Positions 55,484-64,000 of a stretch of DNA of 64,000 bases are shown here, piece by piece. The DNA lies in assembly GCA_004524445.1 (NCBI GenBank), contig SDNP01000014.1, forward strand, positions 1 through 64,000, written 5' to 3'. A program made the translations under genes and the position numbers. This DNA comes from Candidatus Thorarchaeota archaeon (GTDB taxonomy: Archaea; Asgardarchaeota; Thorarchaeia; Thorarchaeales; Thorarchaeaceae). Below the pieces are notes generated by a model. It made no database searches. It was not told where the DNA came from and saw only the letters and a list, made by a program, of their open reading frames with translations. The stretch's first letter is position 1. Each line of letters begins with the position of its first letter.

Positions 55484-55750
55484 ATGGCACGAGTAATCAT
55501 AACACTTAGAGTGATGCCAGAGGATGTAGACGTCGATTTAGACGACCTACTTGAGAGAATAAAGAAGGCCATTCCAGAAGGAACTGATGTACGAGCTACT
55601 GAGATTGTTCCCATTGCATTTGGCCTCAAGGCGCTGAGGATGAATGTCGCTCGTGATGAATCAATGGGTGGCACTGATGATATAGAAGAGGCCATTGGTG
55701 CTCAGGATGGGGTTTCACAAGTAGAGGTAGAAATGGTTTCTAGAATGTAG
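55484..55750 (+). CDS. ef1b: Elongation factor 1-beta
   Basis: RVMPED, PIAFGLKAL, GGTD.IEE. Confidence 0.95.
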   Translation: MARVIITLRVMPEDVDVDLDDLLERIKKAIPEGTDVRATEIVPIAFGLKALRMNVARDESMGGTDDIEEAIGAQDGVSQVEVEMVSRM

Positions 55751-55841
55751 AAAAGGAATCCTTATGGTAGAAAAATATCATCTGGCGCTAATAACATCTG
55801 CAAACTCATAGTTTAAATTAACAGTTTCCTCGCGTTTCAAG

Positions 55842-55859
55842 ACTACCAACTTTGGTAGT
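55842..55859. promoter_or_regulatory. Perfect palindrome ACTACCAA-CT-TTGGTAGT, candidate cdc48 operator
   Basis: About 25 nt downstream of a TTTAAATT box (55812-55819). Confidence 0.5.
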
Positions 55860-55920
55860 TGGTTAAATGCATTGAATGAATACTCATTAGCAGTTCACCA
55901 GATCCACTAACGGGCGGTAA

Positions 55921-58179
<2,259 letters not shown>

Positions 58180-58196
58180 AGGAGCAGTGAATTGAT

Positions 58197-58457
58197 TTGG
58201 CACCATGGAATGCTATTCCGTTACGTAATCTAATAATGAACATCCTAGACAAGCGGAAAGGCGTCATCCTAGATGACGAATTAGAGCGCGCTCTGAAGAA
58301 GGAGATGGGAAGCGAGCCTAGCGCGGCAGAACTTAATCATGCTCTTATGCAACTAGAGATAAATGGTCTGATTCATGTCAATCAGATTACAAAGACAAAA
58401 CGGCATATTGAAGTTGCAGCTGAAGGCACTGAATTCCTAGCAGTAGACGAGGATTGA
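58197..58457 (+). CDS. Small winged-helix protein downstream of cdc48
   Basis: DDEL..AL..S.AELNHALMQLEINGLIHV wH pattern; operonic spacing. Confidence 0.75.
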   Translation: MAPWNAIPLRNLIMNILDKRKGVILDDELERALKKEMGSEPSAAELNHALMQLEINGLIHVNQITKTKRHIEVAAEGTEFLAVDED

Positions 58458-58487
58458 TTCACACCTCAATCTTGAGGATGAAGGGCA

Positions 58488-58949
58488 ATGAGTAATCAAA
58501 GAGTACTAGCTGCAGGAAAATTCGATATATTGCATTTGGGTCACATCGCCTACCTGAAACAAGCCAAAGAGCTAGTTGGAAAAGAGGGGGAGCTAGTAGT
58601 GATTATTGCACGGGATGATACTATTGAACGCGAGAGGGGTGCACCTCCGGTATTCCCCCAAGAACAACGCAGAGCAATTGTAGAATCTCTGGAAATGGTC
58701 GACACAGCAGTGATCGGCTATAAAACAAGAGACCATTGTAGGATAGTTGTTGACGTGAATCCAGATATCCTAGCTTTGGGTTATGACCAAGAAGCAGACA
58801 CAGATTCATTGCAGAAATGCTTCGAAACAAACAATATGACAACAGAGATTGTTCGTCTGGAAAAAAGGGAAGCAGACGGTCTATGTTCCTCAACCCAAAT
58901 ACGGAAACGGATACTTGATTATTATCGAGAAAATGGAAAAGTCCGTTAA
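58488..58949 (+). CDS. ribL: Archaeal FAD synthase
   Basis: GKFDILHLGH (HxGH), VIIARD, PDILALGYDQ, SSTQIR. Confidence 0.88.
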   Translation: MSNQRVLAAGKFDILHLGHIAYLKQAKELVGKEGELVVIIARDDTIERERGAPPVFPQEQRRAIVESLEMVDTAVIGYKTRDHCRIVVDVNPDILALGYDQEADTDSLQKCFETNNMTTEIVRLEKREADGLCSSTQIRKRILDYYRENGKVR

Positions 58950-58953
58950 CATC

Positions 58954-60309
58954 CTAGATGACTATTTCTCCTCTTGCCTTTGCCTTTCGAATATCCCTTT
59001 CTCTTTGCTCCCTTCTATTGAATGTCCATCTCCAAAGTACAAATGCCGCCGCTGAGCCTGCAAACATCCCAGCTAAGCCCAGAAGAGTCCACCACCCAAA
59101 GGGGAAGTGTCCACTAAAATCAATTATAGGGCCAGAGAGGAAGTATGGGGCATTGAGTAGAGAACCAAATGCATACAGGAATCCAACGATGGTTAGCTCC
59201 TTGAGATAGCCAACGGCGTGTTCATCCTCGTCAAAGAAGAATATCATCCCGCCCATCCAGAAGAGATACCAAGGCATAACCCATCTGAAGACAAATAGAA
59301 TAGCAGGTAGTAGATATACATACAAAGGAATCAACTTCCGCAACCTTTCCATCAAAGTGCCTTTCTTGAGCTCTGATAATTCTGGGAGATATTGAGGCAA
59401 AGTGTACAGCATAAATCCGATGTAAATGATGAGCGGGATTATAGCTGGCGGCCATACATACGTTCCACCGTTTGAGGAGAATAAATCCGGAGTCGCCCAT
59501 GAGAGACCGGGATACATGGGATTGACTATGACCTCACTGTAGTTTGATGTATTCAAGAAGTGAGAGATCAACGAATCAAAGCTTGCTCCTAAGAATAGGA
59601 ATGGTATGACTGTGAGTAAGGACGAAATAAGAAACCAGATTATGCTGGTAGGAGCAGAGATGAACAACAGTGGAAAGGCTACAGCAGAATATATCTTCGT
59701 TTGAACTGAGAGACCTAATGTTAGCATTGCTTTTCCGTACTGTTTTTCTTGCCTCAGAAGAAGTGCCATTAGAAGTAAACAATCAACAATAGGCTCAAGC
59801 TTCCCTCCTCCGGCAGACATGATAAGACCATAAACAAAGTACCCTGCAAAGAAAAACCTCGCCCACTGTACCTCGTAAAGCTTCTCTTTCAACAGACAAG
59901 CAATAAGAACCAAGTTAAGATTGAAGACTAACACCAACAGAAAATTCAACCAGAGGTGCTGCATCATGCCTACTCCCGGATATAACCAAGTCGCAATCGC
60001 AAAGAAGATGAGCCCGAAGACAGGATACTCATACGTGATGTTACCCAAATATGATGGAAGAGTATGGTAACCATCTGTGAATGGAGGCCCCAAAGCCTCT
60101 GCCACTTCGGTATCGGTCATATCATAGACGCCAAATCCAAACACCCAGAAGGCTTCTCCATACATTTCATTTCTATTTCTATCTCTTTGAATAACTAAGG
60201 TGTTGGCAATGGGAATTGCAATCAATGAGATTGCAAGACTCAAAACCAGATACTTGCGCATCTCGTAAATCTTGAATGAGATTGCACTTAGCACTTCGAC
60301 GTCAACCAT
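58954..60309 (-). CDS. Polytopic GT-C-fold (GT87/PIG-M-like) glycosyltransferase candidate
   Basis: YEYP after the first loop, LGLSVQTKIYS, PWYLFW; many TMs. Confidence 0.6.
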   Translation of the reverse strand: MVDVEVLSAISFKIYEMRKYLVLSLAISLIAIPIANTLVIQRDRNRNEMYGEAFWVFGFGVYDMTDTEVAEALGPPFTDGYHTLPSYLGNITYEYPVFGLIFFAIATWLYPGVGMMQHLWLNFLLVLVFNLNLVLIACLLKEKLYEVQWARFFFAGYFVYGLIMSAGGGKLEPIVDCLLLMALLLRQEKQYGKAMLTLGLSVQTKIYSAVAFPLLFISAPTSIIWFLISSLLTVIPFLFLGASFDSLISHFLNTSNYSEVIVNPMYPGLSWATPDLFSSNGGTYVWPPAIIPLIIYIGFMLYTLPQYLPELSELKKGTLMERLRKLIPLYVYLLPAILFVFRWVMPWYLFWMGGMIFFFDEDEHAVGYLKELTIVGFLYAFGSLLNAPYFLSGPIIDFSGHFPFGWWTLLGLAGMFAGSAAAFVLWRWTFNRREQRERDIRKAKARGEIVI

Positions 60310-60424
60310 CCTGTTATACTATAATGGGGTTAGGCTCTTGCATGGGGGTTCTGCCGTATCAATTAACTCTTTTGCAAAGCTGTGAGGTCCTTCGAGTGGC
60401 TAGATTTCCATTTCGTTGAAAATC

Positions 60425-62383
60425 TCATGCTAAGTAAGTGGGGCAAGGCCAGTTATCACATTGTAGACAATTGACACACTTTTCTTCATCGACAACAATT
60501 CCATCATCGGTCAAAATCAATGCCGCATGTTCGCATTGTGCTACACAGGTTCCGCATCTTTGACAAAAAATAGCTCGTTTGACCGCCCTGTTCATCATCT
60601 CTGTTAGTTTGCTGATACTATCTTCGCCGTCTCCTCTCACAATCACAGATCCAGAGGTGAATAGGTTAATTGTACCATTTTCGGACTTAGTTCGCAATGC
60701 ACCTATTTCTTCACTAGTTTTGGTAGGCCCAAAGATGGGAAATACCTTGGAAACCCGAGTAATATCAACGCCTCCCGAAAACTGCCCCTCAAGGCTATAT
60801 GGAGCTGCAACGCAGGGAGAGATTCCCTTGGTGATGCTGAGGTTTAGAGTATCAGATGGAGAGGGACGCTCAGATTTGATTGAAAGATTCATTCGTTTTG
60901 CTAACTTCCTTTGCCCACTGGGCAAGCTCTTCCAGCGCCAAAAGCCATGGGTGACCCATTCTTCTGGATAATCTAACCTCTTTGACCAATCATGAAGAGT
61001 TTCCATTAACTGTTTGAATTCTTCTGGATGGGTTTCTTCCAAGCTGTTTAACTCCTCTAGTGGCGAAGAGGGGCAAAGGTAGCAGCCAATCCTATGATAC
61101 CCCATATTATAGAGCGCGTTGAACGGTGCCTGTTCCCGAAAGATGTAAAGCCATACTTCTAGCGCATTCCAATTCTGTATTGGGTTGGCACCAGTCTGTC
61201 CGGGTACCCAGGGATTTGAGGTGACACGTGGTTCCTTTGATCGTTGAAAGGATTCAAGTTTTCTCTGACCCATGAATGAGAGACTCTCTCCACCGAGTTC
61301 TTCCGAAATGGTGGTTGCTGCAGGCCCAAGTTTCAGAATCTTACAACACCAGCGAAAGTCCCTAGCGGGAGGACCAAAAACCTCTACAGATTCCCAAAAA
61401 TGATCGCGAGCCTTGGCACCAAGAACTTCAACCCCCCGGTCTTTCGCAAACTCCCTCACATATCGTACCGTTTCAGGGAATTCAAGACCGGTGTCTACAA
61501 AGAACAACGGGGGACTATAATCAAGAGCCTTCTCTACAACAAGATATGTTGCAAGAGAATCTTTGCCACCGCTGAAACCGACTACTGGAGTTGCTTCTGT
61601 TCGATGGACTATACGTTTGATAAAGGAGATGGCTTCTTCTTCAATCGATTCCAAGTCAGTCTGATTTGCTGCAACAGCCTTATCCCATGAAGAGGACACT
61701 GAGTTGACGCGTGGTGGTTCTGGATCTGCTGCCTCTCTTATCTTAATTGCATAACCTTTCTCAGCCTTGGCCATCTCATCGCCTGACATTCTGGCTGTAC
61801 CGACTGCTATAACTTCTCCATCTGGATTCAGAATCCAGACTTCATCCCCAACCTCTATTTCTGAGTCACAACCTATAATCCCAGGCATCAGCAAGTTTGC
61901 ACCATCCTTGAGAAACTTCAAAATGCCATCATGGCTCGAAACCCATTTCTGCTTACTGACTGGTGCTAACCGACGGGCACCCTCCAGAGTCAGAAGTAGA
62001 GAATAATCTAGTTCCGGGATATCAAAACGAAGACGAGCGATAACCAACCCATCTACAATAATCTCATACATCGAATCAAGGCCTGAGATTTTGCTCATAA
62101 CTACAGTCTTATCGGGCGGAAGTAGTTTTTCAGCCACGCCCTCGCCAAATTGCCTGTCAATTACCCGTTTGGCTCGCCTTAGATGGCCTTCCATTGCTGG
62201 AAAGGGGTCTCCTGGAGGAGAGATTTGAACGCGTCTAGACTCTTCTCCACACAAGGAACATTCTGTTTCGGATATCCTCGGAACATTGCAGTTATCACAC
62301 CAGAATAACCTTATCTCAGCTAAGAAGGGGGCATGGCCTCCTCTATGCTTACTACCTCTGGATTTCCGAGCCAGCCAAATCAA
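60425..62383 (-). CDS. PAPS-reductase-family protein with PUA and ferredoxin domains
   Basis: N-terminal CxxC pairs, PUA (GANLLMPG), FSGGKDS, RWCC, RIGCYLCP, C-terminal CxxCxxC. Confidence 0.9.
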   Translation of the reverse strand: MIWLARKSRGSKHRGGHAPFLAEIRLFWCDNCNVPRISETECSLCGEESRRVQISPPGDPFPAMEGHLRRAKRVIDRQFGEGVAEKLLPPDKTVVMSKISGLDSMYEIIVDGLVIARLRFDIPELDYSLLLTLEGARRLAPVSKQKWVSSHDGILKFLKDGANLLMPGIIGCDSEIEVGDEVWILNPDGEVIAVGTARMSGDEMAKAEKGYAIKIREAADPEPPRVNSVSSSWDKAVAANQTDLESIEEEAISFIKRIVHRTEATPVVGFSGGKDSLATYLVVEKALDYSPPLFFVDTGLEFPETVRYVREFAKDRGVEVLGAKARDHFWESVEVFGPPARDFRWCCKILKLGPAATTISEELGGESLSFMGQRKLESFQRSKEPRVTSNPWVPGQTGANPIQNWNALEVWLYIFREQAPFNALYNMGYHRIGCYLCPSSPLEELNSLEETHPEEFKQLMETLHDWSKRLDYPEEWVTHGFWRWKSLPSGQRKLAKRMNLSIKSERPSPSDTLNLSITKGISPCVAAPYSLEGQFSGGVDITRVSKVFPIFGPTKTSEEIGALRTKSENGTINLFTSGSVIVRGDGEDSISKLTEMMNRAVKRAIFCQRCGTCVAQCEHAALILTDDGIVVDEEKCVNCLQCDNWPCPTYLA

Positions 62384-62395
62384 TCCTCACTAAAT

Positions 62396-63061
62396 CTATT
62401 TCTTTGCACCTTTAATTATGTCAATGCCTCTGCTTGCGCCAATCCTAGTAGCACCGGCATCAATCATCGAGATTGCATCTTCATAGGTTCCAATTCCGCC
62501 AGCGGCCTTGATGCCGAGGGCATCACCGACTGTGTCTTGCATGATTCTAACGTCCTCAATGGAAGCGCCACGTGGACCAAATCCTGTTGATGTCTTTACA
62601 AAATGAGCCCCGGCTTTCTTCACCGTTTTACAGGCAGTTACAATCTCATCCTCTGTTAGGTACCCAGTTTCGAGGATTACTTTTACCGTATTGCTTTTTG
62701 CGGCTTTGACAACGGCAGCTATGTCTTTTTCCACCCCTTTCAGATTTCCAGATTTCAACATACCGAGGTTCATCACCATGTCAATCTCTGTGGCTCCCTT
62801 CTCCACGGCTGATTTCGTTTCAAAGGCCTTGGCATCCGTCAACATAGCACCAAGAGGAAACCCCACAACACTGCAGACCTCAACATCACTATCCTTGAGT
62901 TCTTCCAAGGCGATTTCAACACAGCAGCTATTTACGCATACTGTTCCAAATTCATTTTCAACCGCCTCATGACAGAGCTCCCGAATCCTGTCCTCAGTGG
63001 CAATAGGCTTCAATTCCGTATGGTCAATCATCTTGGCGAGTTTCTTCGCTGAGAGTTCCAA
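62396..63061 (-). CDS. deoC: Deoxyribose-phosphate aldolase
   Basis: IDHT.LKP, VGFPLG, EIDMV, KVILET, FVKTSTGF, KAAGGI, RIGAS. Confidence 0.96.
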   Translation of the reverse strand: MELSAKKLAKMIDHTELKPIATEDRIRELCHEAVENEFGTVCVNSCCVEIALEELKDSDVEVCSVVGFPLGAMLTDAKAFETKSAVEKGATEIDMVMNLGMLKSGNLKGVEKDIAAVVKAAKSNTVKVILETGYLTEDEIVTACKTVKKAGAHFVKTSTGFGPRGASIEDVRIMQDTVGDALGIKAAGGIGTYEDAISMIDAGATRIGASRGIDIIKGAKK

Positions 63062-63129
63062 TCATATCAGCTCCGAAATTGAAGCACGTTTTGGAAGGCT
63101 ATTAATCCCTTCGAAAGCACAATTTCCTA

Positions 63130-63465
63130 CTATCTTCCACCAAGATAACTACGAATATCATCAAGAACTTCTTTCTGGAGCCGTATCACATCATGTACCT
63201 CGATCTCTTCCGCATCTTTGACTACAGAATTTAGTTGTACAACGGTTCCAACCGCTTCGACTTTGGCAAAATCAACAGGGAACTCAACTTCTGCTCCCTT
63301 CACAATAAGCTCAGATCTAGTAGGATGGAGAGCAATTCTGATACTTCTGACAATACCAATGCGACGAGCATTACTATCTAAGACCTCTTTCCCGAGAATA
63401 CGTCCGGGCATACTGAGCTCGTAAAGCTCTGCTTCAATACTTGGCATGGCCTCCTTGGTTGTCAT
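63130..63465 (-). CDS. PRC-barrel domain protein
   Basis: ILGKEVLDSNARRIGIV, VEAVGTVVQL; start refined to ATG 63465. Confidence 0.8.
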   Translation of the reverse strand: MTTKEAMPSIEAELYELSMPGRILGKEVLDSNARRIGIVRSIRIALHPTRSELIVKGAEVEFPVDFAKVEAVGTVVQLNSVVKDAEEIEVHDVIRLQKEVLDDIRSYLGGR

Positions 63466-63565
63466 ATATTGTTGGCTCCTTATACTATGATAAACGTGTA
63501 GGAGTCTTTTTAGACTGAGTATTATCAAGAATATTGGAAGCAATCAATACAAGCGTGCGTGTTTG

Positions 63566-64000
63566 ATGTTGTCAAGAATAGAACCTGCAGTCGAATGGCC
63601 CCTCATCAAAAAGGGAGCAATAGAATACAGAGAGTACCAATTCAACTTGGCGGAAATTGCCTCAAAGGAGAGTACATTGGTTGTATTGAGCACTGGTCTA
63701 GGAAAGACAATAATTGCAGTTCTAGTAGCTGCAAAGGTTCTTTCAAAGGATTCCGATGCTAAGGTGTTATTCTTAGCTCCATCGCGGCCTCTTGCAGATC
63801 AACAGGCACGGTTTCTGAAGAGGACACTGGATATTGACAACGACCAAATCGCATGCCTCACTGGACAGGACGGCCCCGAGGCAAGAGCCGATGCCTGGAA
63901 CGGCCTTAGAGCTATTGCTATGACTCCGCAATCACTACAAAACGATATAGTACAAAGAAGCTATGATTTGAGCGATGTCGCATTAATCGTATATGATGAG
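63566..64000 (+). CDS. hef: Hef/FANCM (ERCC4-like) helicase, 5' part, runs off the window end
   Basis: Translated by hand: IEYREYQ, TLVVLSTGLGKT, LFLAPSRPLADQ, MTPQ.LQND, LIVYDE. Confidence 0.92.
   Translation, partial: MLSRIEPAVEWPLIKKGAIEYREYQFNLAEIASKESTLVVLSTGLGKTIIAVLVAAKVLSKDSDAKVLFLAPSRPLADQQARFLKRTLDIDNDQIACLTGQDGPEARADAWNGLRAIAMTPQSLQNDIVQRSYDLSDVALIVYDE

Noticed and set aside
63559-63762. 67-aa ORF in the track
   Set aside because: Wrong frame; the real gene is the Hef helicase from 63566, open to the window end.

Overview
Chromosomal window from an archaeon, most likely an Asgard archaeon (Thorarchaeia-like). This is inferred from the archaeal information-processing genes, a ribophorin-I-like protein, FtsZ in the secE/spt5 cluster, and NosD-repeat and Zn-ribbon membrane proteins. 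Layout: (1) 0.5-11.5 kb, dpsL/perR pair and a translation/secretion superoperon (decayed rpl39e, rpl31e, eIF6, rpl18a, pfdA, ftsY, argF, pfkB, ftsZ, secE, spt5, rpl11-rpl1-rpl10-rpl12). (2) 11.6-30.3 kb, accessory region around an intron-containing tRNA-Arg(TCT). It holds a 1927-aa single-pass protein (extracellular gingipain/C25-like protease, ~600-aa cytoplasmic helical tail) bracketed by a tRNA 3'-end duplication, a second cassette bracketed by a duplicated gene 3' end, and pseudogene scars. (3) 30-46 kb, radical SAM gene, thiL, two tRNAs with non-canonical inserts, a micro-ORF, a putative multi-hairpin sRNA, a ubiquitin-like(GG)-MtaB fusion at the end of a gcvPA-gcvPB operon, tRNA-Gln, and a DOMON-FKBP-Ig-ribophorin I protein head-to-head with an Alg7/AglH-type GlcNAc-1-P transferase. 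(4) 46-64 kb, conserved core genes (topo VI, dim2, rio1, aIF1A, nmd3, aIF2beta, RPA32, fen1, EF1beta, cdc48, ribL, deoC, hef). The best candidates for undescribed biology are the Ubl-MtaB fusion, the protease/helical-tail receptor island, the ribophorin-FKBP/Alg7 locus and the putative anti-SD sRNA. All calls come from reading motifs by eye; no database searches were run.
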